From assembly GCA_032718475.1 (NCBI GenBank), contig JAUCBJ010001495.1, positions 1-61,999 on the forward strand: DNA of 61,999 bases, read 5' to 3'. A model generated the notes under the pieces. That model worked only from the letters and a program-made list of their open reading frames with translations. It was not told the origin of the DNA and did not search any database. This DNA comes from Nemertoderma westbladi (lineage: Eukaryota > Animalia > Xenacoelomorpha). A program made the translations under genes and the position numbers. Positions 26,501 to 41,500 of this stretch are shown one piece after another (within the stretch, counting starts at the first letter, position 1; each line of letters opens with the position of its first letter).

Positions 26501-29500
26501 ATTGTGATGAAGAGGCCACCATGTACTTTATGTATTCCTTCTGTAACTATTACTTTTATGTTATTGTGAAGAAGAGGCCACCATGTACTTTATGTATTCC
26601 TTTTGTAACTATTACCTTTAGGTTATTGTGAAGAAGAGGCCACCATGTACTTTATGTATTCCTTCTGTAACTATTACTTTTATGTTATTGTGAAGAAGAG
26701 GCCACCATGTACTTTATGTATTCCTTCTGTAACTATTACCTTTATGTTACTGTAAAGAAGAGGCCACCATGTACTTTATGTATTCCTTCTGTAACTATTA
26801 CCTTTATGTTATTGTGAAGAAGAGGCCACCATGTACTTTATGTATTCCTTCTGTAACTATTACCTTTAGGTTATTGTGATGAAGAGGCCACCATGTACTT
26901 TATGTATTCCTTCTGTAACTATTACTTTTATGTTATTGTGAAGAAGAGGCCACCATGTACTTTATGTATTCCTTCTGTAACTATTACCTTTAGGTTATTG
27001 TGAAGAAGAGGCCACCATGTACTTTATGTATTCCTTCTGTAACTATTACCTTTATGATATTGTGAAGAAGAGGCCACCATGTACTTTATGTATTCCTTCT
27101 GTAACTATTACCTTTATGTTATTGTGAAGAAGAGGCCACCATGTACTTTATGTATTCCTTCTGTAACTATTACCTTTAGGTTATTGTGAAGAAGAGGCCA
27201 CCATGTACTTTATGTATTCCTTCTGTAACTATTACCTTTATGTTATTGTGAAGAAGAGGCCACCATGTACTTTATGTATTCCTTCTGTAACTATTACTTT
27301 TATGTTATTGTGAAGAAGAGGCCACCATGTACTTTATGTATTCCTTCTGTAACTATTACCTTTATGTTACTGTAAAGAAGAGGCCACCATGTACTTTATG
27401 TATTCCTTCTGTAACTATTACCTTTATGTTATTGTGAAGAAGAGGCCACCATGTACTTTATGTATTCCTTCTGTAACTATTACCTTTAGGTTATTGTGAT
27501 GAAGAGGCCACCATGTACTTTATGTATTCCTTCTGTAACTATTACTTTTATGTTATTGTGAAGAAGAGGCCACCATGTACTTTATGTATTCCTTCTGTAA
27601 CTATTACCTTTATGTTATTGTGAAGAAGAGGCCACCATGTACTTTATGTATTCCTTCTGTAACTATTACCTTTAGGTTATTGTGATGAAGAGGCCACCAT
27701 GTACTTTATGTATTCCTTCTGTAACTATTACTTTTATGTTATTGTGAAGAAGAGGCCACCATGTACTTTATGTATTCCTTCTGTAACTATTACTTTTATG
27801 TTATTGTGAAGAAGAGGCCACCATGTACTTTATGTATTCCTTCTGTAACTATTACCTTTATGTTACTGTAAAGAAGAGGCCACCATGTACTTTATGTATT
27901 CCTTCTGTAACTATTACCTTTATGTTATTGTGAAGAAGAGGCCACCATGTACTTTATGTATTCCTTCTGTAACTATTACCTTTAGGTTATTGTGATGAAG
28001 AGGCCACCATGTACTTTATGTATTCCTTCTGTAACTATTACTTTTATGTTATTGTGAAGAAGAGGCCACCATGTACTTTATGTATTCCTTCTGTAACTAT
28101 TACCTTTAGGTTATTGTGAAGAAGAGGCCACCATGTACTTTATGTATTCCTTCTGTAACTATTACCTTTATGATATTGTGAAGAAGAGGCCACCATGTAC
28201 TTTATGTATTCCTTCTGTAACTATTACCTTTATGTTATTGTGAAGAAGAGGCCACCATGTACTTTATGTATTCCTTCTGTAACTATTACCTTTAGGTTAT
28301 TGTGAAGAAGAGGCCACCATGTACTTTATGTATTCCTTCTGTAACTATTACCTTTATGTTATTGTGAAGAAGAGTCCACCATGTACTTTATGTATTCCTT
28401 CTGTAACTATTACCTTTATGTTATTGTGAAGAAGAGGCCACCATGTACTTTATGTATTCCTTCTGTAACTATTACCTTTAGGTTATTGTGAAGAAGAGGC
28501 CACCATGTACTTTATGTATTCCTTCTGTAACTATTACCTTTAGGTTATTGTGATGAAGAGGCCACCATGTACTTTATGTATTCCTTCTAACTATTACTTT
28601 TAGGTTATTGTGAAGAAGAGGCCACCATGTAATTTATGTATTCCTTCTGTAACTATTACCTTTAGGTTATTGTGATGAAGAGGCCACCATGTACTTTATG
28701 TATTCCTTCTGTAACTATTACCTTTAGGTTATTGTGATGAAGAGGCCACCATGTACTTTATGTATTCCTTCTGTAACTATTACCTTTAGGTTATTGTGAT
28801 GAAGAGGCCACCATGTACTTTATGTATTCCTTCTGTAACTATTACCTTTAGGTTATTGTAAAGAAGAGGCCACCATGTACTTTATGTATTCCTTCTGTAA
28901 CTATTACCTTTAGGTTATTGTGATGAAGAGGCCACCATGTACTTTATGTATTCCTTCTGTAACTATTAACTTTATGTTATTGTGAAGAAGAGGCCACCAT
29001 GTACTTTATGTATTCCTTCTGTAACTATTACCTTTAGGTTATTGTGATGAAGAGGCCACCATGTACTTTATGTATTCCTTCTGCAACTATTACCTTTATG
29101 TTACTGTAAAGAAGAGGCCACCATGTACTTTATGTATTCCTTTTGTAACTATTACCTTTAGGTTATTGTGAAGAAGAGACCACCATGTACTTTATGTATT
29201 CCTTCTGTAACTATTACCTTTAGGTTATTGTGATGAAGAGGCCACCATGTACTTGATGTATTCCTTCTGTAACTATTACCTTTATGTTATTGTGAAGAAG
29301 AGGCCACCATGTACTTTATGTATTCCTTCTGTAACTATTACCTTTAGGTTATTGTGAAGAAGAGGCCACCATGTACTTTATGTATTCCTTCTGTAACTAT
29401 TACCTTTAGGTTATTGTGAAGAAGAGGCCACCATGTACTTTATGTATTCCTTCTGTAACTATTACCTTTATGTTACTGTAAAGAAGAGGCCACCATGTAC

Positions 29501-32500
29501 TTTATGTATTCCTTCTGTAACTATTACCCTTAGGTTATTGTGATGAAGAGGCCACCATGTACTTTATGTATTCCTTCTGTAACTATTACCTTTATGTTAT
29601 TGTGAAGAAGAGGCCACCATGTACTTTATGTATTCCTTCTGTAACTATTACCTTTAGGTTATTGTGATGAAGAGGCCACCATGTACTTTATGTATTCCTT
29701 CTGTAACTATTACCTTTATGTTATTGTGAAGAAGAGGCCACCATGTACTTTATGTATTCCTTCTGTAACTATTACCTTTAGGTTATTGTGATGAAGAGGC
29801 CACCATGTACTTTATGTATTCCTTCTGTAACTATTACCTTTAGGTTATTGTGATGAAGAGGCCACCATGTACTTTATGTATTCCTTTTGTAACTATTACC
29901 TTTAGGTTATTGTGAAGAAGAGGCCACCATGTACTTTATGTATTCCTTCTGTAACTATTACCTTTATGTTATTGTGAAGAAGAGGCCACCATGTAATTTA
30001 TGTATTCCTTCTGTAACTATTACCTTTAGGTTATTGTGATGAAGAGGCCACCATGTACTTTAGGTATTCCTTCTGTAACTATTACCTTTAGGTTATTGTG
30101 AAGAAGAGGCCACCATGTACATTATGTATTCCTTCTGTAACTATTATCTTTATGTTATTGTGAAGAAGAGGCCACCATGTAATTTATGTATTCCTTCAGT
30201 AACTATTACTTTTAGGTTATTGTGAAGAAGAGGCCACCATGTACTTTATGTATTCCTTCTGTAACTATTACCTTTATGTTATTGTGAAGAAGAGGCCACC
30301 ATGTAATTTATGTATTCCTTCAGTAACTATTACTTTTAGGTTATTGTGAAGAAGAGGCCACCATGTACTTTATGTATTCCTTCTGTAACTATATTACTTT
30401 TAGGTTATTGTGAAGAAGAGGCCACCATGTACTTTATGTATTCCTTCTGTAACTATTACCTTTATGTTATTGTGAAGAAGAGGCCACCATGTACTTTATG
30501 TATTCCTTCTGTAACTATTACCCTTATGTTATTGTGAAGAAGAGGCCACCATGTAATTTATGTATTCCTTCAGTAACTATTACTTTTAGGTTATTGTGAA
30601 GAAGAGGCCACCATGTACTTTATGTATTCCTTCTGTAACTATTACCTTTATGTTATTGTGAAGAAGAGGCCACCATGTAATTTATGTATTCCTTCAGTAA
30701 CTATTACTTTTAGGTTATTGTGAAGAAGAGGCCACCATGTACTTTATGTATTCCTTCTGTAACTATTACCTTTAGGTTATTGTGAAGAAGAGGCCACCAT
30801 GTACTTTATGTATTCCTTCTGTAACTATTACCTTTAGGTTATTGTGAAGAAGAGGCCACCATGTACTTTATGTATTCCTTCTGTAACTATTACCTTTATG
30901 TTATTGTGAAGAAGAGGCCACCATGTAATTTATGTATTCCTTCAGTAACTATTACTTTTAGGTTATTGTGAAGAAGAGGCCACCATGTATTTTATGTATT
31001 CCTTCTGTAACTATTACCTTTATGTTATTGTGAAGAAGAGGCCACCATGTACTTTATGTATTCCTTCTGTAACTATTACCTTTATGTTATTGTGAAGAAG
31101 AGGCCACCATGTAATTTATGTATTCCTTCAGTAACTATTACTTTTAGGTTATTGTGAAGAAGAGGCCACCATGTACTTTATGTATTCCTTCTGTAACTAT
31201 TACCTTTAGGTTATTGTGAAGAAGAGGCCACCATGTACTTTATGTATTCCTTCTGTAACTATTACCTTTATGTTATTGTGAAGAAGAGGCCACCATGTAA
31301 TTTATGTATTCCTTCAGTAACTATTACTTTTAGGTTATTGTGAAGAAGAGGCCACCATGTACTTTATGTATTCCTTCTGTAACTATTACCTTTAGGTTAT
31401 TGTGAAGAAGAGGCCACCATGTACTTTATGTATTCCTTCTGTAACTATTACCTTTATCTTATTGTGAAGAAGAGGCCACCATGTAATTTATGTATTCCTT
31501 CAGTAACTATTACTTTTAGGTTATTGTGAAGAAGAGGCCACCATGTACTTTATGTATTCCTTCTGTAACTATTACCTTTAGGTTATTGTGAAGAAGAGGC
31601 CACCATGTACTTTATGTATTCCTTCTGTAACTATATTACCTTTAGGTTATTGTGAAGAAGAGGCCACCATGTACTTTATGTATTCCTTCTGTAACTATAT
31701 TACCTTTAGGTTATTGTGATGAAGAGGCCACCATGTACTTTATGGATTCCTTCTAACTATTACTTTTAGGTTATTGTGAAGAAGAGGCCACCATGTACTT
31801 TATGGATTCCTTCTAACTATTACTTTTAGGTTATTGTGAAGAAGAGGCCACCATGTACTTTATGTATTCCTTCTGTAACAATATTACCTTTAGGTTATTG
31901 TGAAGAAGAGGCCACCATGTACTTTATGTATTCCTTCTATAACTATTACCTTTAGGTTATTGTGAAGAAGAGGCCACCATGTACTTTATGTATTCCTTCT
32001 GTAACTATTACCTTTAGGTTATTGTGATGAAGAGGCCACCATGTACTTTATGTATTCCTTCGAACTATTACTTTTAGGTTATTGTGAAGAAGAGGCCACC
32101 ATGTACTTTATGTATTCCTTCTGTAACTATATTACCTTTAGGTTATTGTGAAGAAGAGGCCACCATGTACTTTATGTATTCCTTCTGTAACTATTACCTT
32201 TAGGTTATTGTGAAGAAGAGGCCACCATGTACTTTATGTATTCCTTCTGTAACTATTACCTTTATGTTATTGTGAAGAAGAGGCCACCATGTACTTTATG
32301 TATTCCTTCTGTAACTATTACTTTTAGGTTATTGTGAAGAAGAGGCCACCATGTACTTTATGTATTCCTTCTGTAACTATTGCTTTTAGGTTATTGTGAA
32401 GAAGAGGCCACCATGTACTTTATGTATTCCTTCTGTAACTATTACTTTTAGGTTATTGTTGTGAAGAAGAGGCCACCATGTACTTTATGTATTCCTTCTG

Positions 32501-35500
32501 TAACTATTACCTTTATGTTATTGTGAAGAAGAGGCCACCATGTACTTTATGTATTCCTTCTGTAACTATTACCTTTATGTTATTGTGAAGAAGAGGCCAC
32601 CATGTACTTTATGTATTCCTTCTGTAACTATTACCTTTAGGTTATTGTGATGAAGAGGCCACCATGTACTTTATGTATTCCTTCTGTAACTATTATCTTT
32701 AGGTTATTGTGAAGAAGAGGCCACCATGTACTTTATGTATTCCTTCTGTAACTATTACCTTTATGTTATTGTGAAGAAGAGGCCACCATGTAATTTATGT
32801 ATTCCTTCTGTAACTATTACCTTTAGGTTATTGTGATGAAGAGGCCACCATGTACTTTATGTATTCCTTCAGTAAATATTACCTTTATGTTATTGTGAAG
32901 AAGAGGCCACCATGTACTTTATGTATTCCTTCTGTAACTATTACCTTTATGTTACTGTAAAGAAGACGCCACCATGTACTTTATGTATTCCTTCTGTAAC
33001 TATTACCTTTATGTTATTGTGAAGAAGAGGCCACCATGTACTTTATGTATTCCTTCTGTAACTATTACCTTTAGGTTATTGTGATGAAGAGGCCACCATG
33101 TACTTTATGTATTCCTTCTAACTATTACTTTTAGGTTATTGTGAAGAAGAGGCCACCATGTACTTTATGTATTCCTTCTGTAACTATTACCTTTATGTTA
33201 TTGTGAAGAAGAGGCCACCATGTAATTTATGTATTCCTTCTGTAACTATTACCTTTAGGTTATTGTGAAGAAGAGGCCACCATGTACTTTATGTATTCCT
33301 TCTGTAACTATTACCTTTAGGTTATTGTGAAGAAGAGGCCACCATGTACTTTATATTTTCCTTCAGTAACTATTACCTTTATGTTATTGTGAAGAAGAGG
33401 CCACCATGTACTTTATGTATTCCTTCTGTAACTATTACCTTTAGGTTATTGTGAAGAAGAGGCCACCATGTACTTTATGTATTCCTTCTGTAAATATTAC
33501 CTTTAGGTTATTGTGAAGAAGAGGCCACCATCTACTTTATGTATTCCTTCTGTAAATATTACCTTTAGGTTATTGTGAAGAAGAGGCCACCATGTACTTT
33601 ATGTATTCCTTCTGTAAATATTACCTTTAGGTTATTGTGAAGAAGAGGCCACCATGTACTTTATGTATTCCTTCTGTAACTATTACCTTTAGGTTATTGT
33701 GATGAAGAGGCCACCATGTACTTTATGTATTCCTTCTGTAACTATTACCTTTAGGTTATTGTGATGAAGAGGCCACCATGTACTTTATGTATTCCTTCTA
33801 ACTATTACTTTTAGGTTATTGTGAAGAAGAGGCCACCATGTACTTTATGTATTCCTTCTGTAACTATATTACCTTTAGGTTATTGTGAAGAAGAGGCCAC
33901 CATGTACTTTATGTATTCCTTCTGTAACTATATTACCTTTAGGTTATTGTGATGAAGAGGCCACCATGTACTTTATGTATTCCTTCAGTAACTATTACTT
34001 TTAGGTTATTGTGAAGAAGAGGCCACCATGTACTTTATGTATTCCTTCTGTAACTATTACATTTAGGTTATTGTGAAGAAGAGGCCACCATGTACTTTAT
34101 GTATTCCTTCTGTAACTATTACCTTTAGGTTATTGTGATGAAGAGGCCACCATGTACTTTATGTATTCCTTCTGTAACTATTATCTTTAGGTTATTGTGA
34201 AGAAGAGGCCACCATGTACTTTATGTATTCCTTCTGTAACTATTACCTTTATGTTATTGTGAAGAAGAGGCCACCATGTAATTTATGTATTCCTTCTGTA
34301 ACTATTACCTTTAGGTTATTGTGATGAAGAGGCCACCATGTACTTTATGTATTCCTTCAGTAAATATTACCTTTATGTTATTGTGAAGAAGACGCCACCA
34401 TGTACTTTATGTATTCCTTCTGTAACTATTACCTTTATGTTATTGTGAAGAAGAGGCCACCATGTACTTTATGTATTCCTTCTGTAACTATTACCTTTAG
34501 GTTATTGTGATGAAGAGGCCACCATGTACTTTATGTATTCCTTCTAACTATTACTTTAAGGTTATTGTGAAGAAGAGGCCACCATGTACTTTATGTATTC
34601 CTTCTGTAACTATTACCTTTATGTTATTGTGAAGAAGAGGCCACCATGTAATTTATGTATTCCTTCAGTAACTATTACTTTTAGGTTATTGTGAAGAAGA
34701 GGCCACCATGTACTTTATGTATTCCTTCTGTAACTATTACCTTTAGGTTATTGTGAAGAAGAGGCCACCATGTACTTTATGTATTCCTTCTGTAACTATA
34801 TTACCTTTAGGTTATTGTGAAGAAGAGGCCACCATGTACTTTATGTATTCCTTCTGTAACTATTACCTTTATGTTATTGTGATGAAGAGGCCACCATGTA
34901 CTTTATGTATTCCTTCTGTAATTATTACCTTTAGGTTATTGTGAAGAAGAGGCCACCATGTACTTTATGTATTCCTTCTGTAACTATATTACCTTTATGT
35001 TATTGTGAAGAAGAGGCCACCATGTACTTTATGTATTCCTTCTGTAACTATTACCTTTATGTTATTGTGATGAAGAGGCCACCATGTACTTTATGTATTC
35101 CTTCTGTAATTATTACCTTTAGGTTATTGTGAAGAAGAGGCCACCATGTACTTTATGTATTCCTTCTGTAACTATTACCTTTAGGTTATTGTGAAGAAGA
35201 GGCCACCATGTACTTTATATTTTCCTTCAGTAACTATTACCTTTATGTTATTGTGAAGAAGAGGCCACCATGTACTTTATGGATTCCTTCTAACTATTAC
35301 TTTTAGGTTATTGTGAAGAAGAGGCCACCATGTACTTTATGTATTCCTTCTAACTATTACTTTTAGGTTATTGTGAAGAAGAGGCCACCATGTACTTTAT
35401 GTATTCCTTCTGTAACTATATTACCTTTAGGTTATTGTGAAGAAGAGGCCACCATGTACTTTATGTATTCCTTCTATAACTATTACCTTTAGGTTATTGT

Positions 35501-38500
35501 GAAGAAGAGGCCACCATGTACTTTATGTATTCCTTCTGTAACTATTACCTTTAGGTTATTGTGATGAAGAGGCCACCATGTACTTTATGTATTCCTTCGA
35601 ACTATTACTTTTAGGTTATTGTGAAGAAGAGGCCACCATGTACTTTATGTATTCCTTCTGTAACTATATTACCTTTAGGTTATTGTGAAGAAGAGGCCAC
35701 CATGTACTTTATGTATTCCTTCTGTAACTATTACTTTTAGGTTATTGTGAAGAAGAGGCCACCATGTACTTTATGTATTCCTTCTGTAACTATTACCTTT
35801 AGGTTATTGTGAAGAAGAGGCCACCATGTACTTTATGTATTCCTTCTGTAACTATTACCTTTATGTTATTGTGAAGAAGAGGCCACCATGTACTTTATGT
35901 ATTCCTTCTGTAACTATTACTTTTAGGTTATTGTGAAGAAGAGGCCACCATGTACTTTATGTATTCCTTCTGTAACTATTACTTTTAGGTTATTGTGAAG
36001 AAGAGGCCACCATGTACTTTATGTATTCCTTCTGTAACTATTACTTTTAGGTTATTGTTGTGAAGAAGAGGCCACCATGTACTTTATGTATTCCTTCTGT
36101 AACTATTACCTTTATGTTATTGTGAAGAAGAGGCCACCATGTACTTTATGTATTCCTTCTGTAACTATTACCTTTATGTTATTGTGAAGAAGAGGCCACC
36201 ATGTACTTTATGTATTCCTTCTGTAACTATTACCTTTAGGTTATTGTGATGAAGAGGCCACCATGTACTTTATGTATTCCTTCTGTAACTATTATCTTTA
36301 GGTTATTGTGAAGAAGAGGCCACCATGTACTTTATGTATTCCTTCTGTAACTATTACCTTTATGTTATTGTGAAGAAGAGGCCACCATGTAATTTATGTA
36401 TTCCTTCTGTAACTATTACCTTTAGGTTATTGTGATGAAGAGGCCACCATGTACTTTATGTATTCCTTCAGTAAATATTACCTTTATGTTATTGTGAAGA
36501 AGAGGCCACCATGTACTTTATGGATTCCTTCTAACTATTACTTTTAGGTTATTGTGAAGAAGAGGCCACCATGTACTTTATGTATTCCTTCTAACTATTA
36601 CTTTTAGGTTATTGTGAAGAAGAGGCCACCATGTACTTTATGTATTCCTTCTGTAACTATATTACCTTTAGGTTATTGTGAAGAAGAGGCCACCATGTAC
36701 TTTATGTATTCCTTCTATAACTATTACCTTTAGGTTATTGTGAAGAAGAGGCCACCATGTACTTTATGTATTCCTTCTGTAACTATTACCTTTAGGTTAT
36801 TGTGATGAAGAGGCCACCATGTACTTTATGTATTCCTTCGAACTATTACTTTTAGGTTATTGTGAAGAAGAGGCCACCATGTACTTTATGTATTCCTTCT
36901 GTAACTATATTACCTTTAGGTTATTGTGAAGAAGAGGCCACCATGTACTTTATGTATTCCTTCTGTAACTATTACTTTTAGGTTATTGTGAAGAAGAGGC
37001 CACCATGTACTTTATGTATTCCTTCTGTAACTATTACCTTTAGGTTATTGTGAAGAAGAGGCCACCATGTACTTTATGTATTCCTTCTGTAACTATTACC
37101 TTTATGTTATTGTGAAGAAGAGGCCACCATGTACTTTATGTATTCCTTCTGTAACTATTACTTTTAGATTATTGTGAAGAAGAGGCCACCATGTACTTTA
37201 TGTATTCCTTCTGTAACTATTACTTTTAGGTTATTGTGAAGAAGAGGCCACCATGTACTTTATGTATTCCTTCTGTAACTATTACTTTTAGGTTATTGTT
37301 GTGAAGAAGAGGCCACCATGTACTTTATGTATTCCTTCTGTAACTATTACCTTTATGTTATTGTGAAGAAGAGGCCACCATGTACTTTATGTATTCCTTC
37401 TGTAACTATTACCTTTATGTTATTGTGAAGAAGAGGCCACCATGTACTTTATGTATTCCTTCTGTAACTATTACCTTTAGGTTATTGTGATGAAGAGGCC
37501 ACCATGTACTTTATGTATTCCTTCTGTAACTATTATCTTTAGGTTATTGTGAAGAAGAGGCCACCATGTACTTTATGTATTCCTTCTGTAACTATTACCT
37601 TTATGTTATTGTGAAGAAGAGGCCACCATGTAATTTATGTATTCCTTCTGTAACTATTACCTTTAGGTTATTGTGATGAAGAGGCCACCATGTACTTTAT
37701 GTATTCCTTCAGTAAATATTACCTTTATGTTATTGTGAAGAAGACGCCACCATGTACTTTATGTATTCCTTCTGTAACTATTACCTTTATGTTATTGTGA
37801 AGAAGAGGCCACCATGTACTTTATGTATTCCTTCTGTAACTATTACCTTTAGGTTATTGTGATGAAGAGGCCACCATGTACTTTATGTATTCCTTCTAAC
37901 TATTACTTTAAGGTTATTGTGAAGAAGAGGCCACCGTGTACTTTATGTATTCCTTCTGTAACTATTACCTTTATGTTATTGTGAAGAAGAGGCCACCATG
38001 TAATTTATGTATTCCTTCAGTAACTATTACTTTTAGGTTATTGTGAAGAAGAGGCCACCATGTACTTTATGTATTCCTTCTGTAACTATTACCTTTAGGT
38101 TATTGTGAAGAAGAGGCCACCATGTACTTTATGTATTCCTTCTGTAACTATATTACCTTTAGGTTATTGTGAAGAAGAGGCCACCATGTACTTTATGTAT
38201 TCCTTCTGTAACTATTACCTTTATGTTATTGTGATGAAGAGGCCACCATGTACTTTATGTATTCCTTCTGTAATTATTACCTTTAGGTTATTGTGAAGAA
38301 GAGGCCACCATGTACTTTATGTATTCCTTCTGTAACTATTACCTTTAGGTTATTGTGAAGAAGAGGCCACCATGTACTTTATATTTTCCTTCAGTAACTA
38401 TTACCTTTATGTTATTGTGAAGAAGAGGCCACCATGTACTTTATGTATTCCTTCTGTAACTATTACCTTTAGGTTATTGTGAAGAAGAGGCCACCATGTA

Positions 38501-41500
38501 CTTTATGTATTCCTTCTGTAAATATTACCTTTAGGTTATTGTGAAGAAGAGGCCACCATGTACTTTATGTATTCCTTCTGTAAATATTACCTTTAGGTTA
38601 TTGTGAAGAAGAGGCCACCATGTACTTTATGTATTCCTTCTGTAAATATTACCTTTAGGTTATTGTGAAGAAGAGGCCACCATGTACTTTATGTATTCCT
38701 TCTGTAACTATTACCTTTAGGTTATTGTGATGAAGAGGCCACCATGTACTTTATGTATTCCTTCTGTAACTATTACCTTTAGGTTATTGTGATGAAGAGG
38801 CCACCATGTACTTTATGTATTCCTTCTAACTATTACTTTTAGGTTATTGTGAAGAAGAGGCCACCATGTACTTTATGTATTCCTTCTGTAACTATATTAC
38901 CTTTAGGTTATTGTGAAGAAGAGGCCACCATGTACTTTATGTATTCCTTCTGTAACTATATTACCTTTAGGTTATTGTGATGAAGAGGCCACCATGTACT
39001 TTATGTATTCCTTCAGTAACTATTACTTTTAGGTTATTGTGAAGAAGAGGCCACCATGTGCTTTATGTATTCCTTCTGTAACTAGTACCTTTAGGTTATT
39101 GTGAAGAAGAGGCCACCATGTGCTTTATGTATTCCTTCTGTAACTATATTACCTTTAGGTTATTGTGATGAAGAGGCCACCATGTACTTTATGTATTCCT
39201 TCAGTAACTATTACTTTTAGGTTATTGTGAAGAAGAGGCCACCATGTACTTTATGTATTCCTTCTGTAACTATATTACCTTTAGGTTATTGTGATGAAGA
39301 GGCCACCATGTACTTTATGTATTCCTTCAGTAACTATTACTTTTAGGTTATTGTGAAGAAGAGGCCACCATGTACTTTATGTATTCCTTCTGTAACTATT
39401 ACCTTTAGGTTATTGTGATGAAGAGGCCACCATGTACTTTATGTATTCCTTCTGTAACTATATTACCTTTAGGTTATTGTTAAGAAGAGGCCACCATGTA
39501 CTTTATGTATTCCTTCTGTAACTATTACCTTTATGTTATTGTGAAGAAGAGGCCACCATGTACTTTATGTATTCCTTCTGTAACTATTACCTTTAGGTTA
39601 TTGTGATGAAGAGGCCACCATGTACTTTATGTATTCCTTCTGTAACTATATTACCTTTAGGTTATTGTGAAGAAGAGGCCACCATGTACTTTATGTATTC
39701 CTTCTGTAAGTATTACTTTTAGGTTATTGTGAAGAAGAGGCCACCATGTACTTTATGTATTCCTTCAGTAAATATTACCTTTAGGTTATTGTGAAGAAGA
39801 GGCCACCGTGTACTTTATGTATTCCTTCTGTAACTATTACTTTTAGGTTATTGTGAAGAAGAGGCCACCATGTACTTTATGTATTCCTTCTGTAACTATT
39901 ACTTGTATGTTATTGTGAAGAAGAGGCCACCATGTACTTTATGTATTCCTTCTGTAACTATTACCTTTATGTTATTGTGAAGAAGAGGCCACCATGTACT
40001 TTATGTATTCCTTCTGTAACTATTACCTTTAGGTTATTGTGAAGAAGAGGCCACCATGTACTTTATGTATTCCTTCTGTAACTATTACATTTATGTTATT
40101 GTGAAGAAGAGGCCACCATGTACTTTATGTATTCCTTCTGTAACTATTACCTTTAGGTTATTGTGAAGAAGAGGCCACCATGTACTTTATGTATTCCTTC
40201 TGTAACTATTACTTGTATGTTATTGTGAAGAAGAGGCCACCATGTACTTTATGTATTCCTTCTGTAACTATTACCTTTATGTTATTGTGAAGAAGAGGCC
40301 ACCATGTACTTTATGTATTCCTTCTGTAACTATTACCTTTAGGTTATTGTGAAGAAGAGGCCACCATGTACTTTATGTATTCCTTCTGTAACTATTACAT
40401 TTATGTTATTGTGAAGAAGAGGCCACCATGTACTTTATGTATTCCTTCTGTAACTATTACCTTTAGGTTATTGTGAAGAAGAGGCCACCATGTACTTTAT
40501 GTATTCCTTCTGTAACTATTACCTTTCTGTTATTGTGAAGAAGAGGCCACCATGTACTTTATGTATTCCTTCAGTAAATATTACCTTTAGGTTATTGTGA
40601 AGAAGAGGCCACCATGTACTTTATGTATTCCTTCTGTAACTATTACTTTTAGGTTATTGTGAAGAAGAGGCCACCATGTACTTTATGTATTCCTTCTGTA
40701 ACTATTACCTTTATGTTATTGTGAAGAAGAGACCACCATGTACTTTATGTATTCCTTCTGTAACTATCACCTTTATGTTATTGTGAAGAAGAGGCCACCA
40801 TGTACTTTATGTATTCCTTCTGTTACTATTACCTTTAGGTTATTGTGAAGAAGAGGCCACAATGTACTTTATGTATTCCTTCTGTAACTATTACCTTTAT
40901 GTTATTGTGAAGAAGAGGCCACCATGTACTTTATGTATTCCTTCTGTAACTATTACCTTTATGTTATTGTGAAGAAGAGGCCACCATGTACTTTATGTAT
41001 TCCTTCTGTAACTATTACCTTTAGGTTATTGTGAAGAAGAGGCCACAATGTACTTTATGTATTCCTTCTGTAACTATTACCTTTATGTTATTGTGAAGAA
41101 GAGGCCACAATGTACTTTATGTATTCCTTCTGTAACTATTACCTTTATGTTATTGTGAAGAAGAGGCCACCATGTACTTTATGTATTCCTTCTGTAACTA
41201 TTACCTTTATGTTATTGTGAAGAAGAGGCCACCATGTACTTTATGTATTCCTTCTGTAACTATTACTTTTAGGTTATTGTAAAGAAGAGGCCACCATGTA
41301 CTTTATGTATTCCTTCTGTAACTATTACCTTTAGGTTATTGTGAAGAAGAGGCCACCATGTACTTTATGTATTCCTTCTGTAACTATTACCTTTATGTTA
41401 TTGTGAAGAAGAGGCCACCATGTACTTTATGTATTCCTTCTGTAACTATTACCTTTATGTTATTGTGAAGAAGAGGCCACCATGTACTTTATGTATTCCT

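Noticed and set aside
22059-38296. Short ORFs inside the array (MYFMYSF..., MKKRPPCT...)
   Set aside because: By-products of stop-removing variants and 2-bp indels in a 62-bp unit that cycles through frames; not independent genes.
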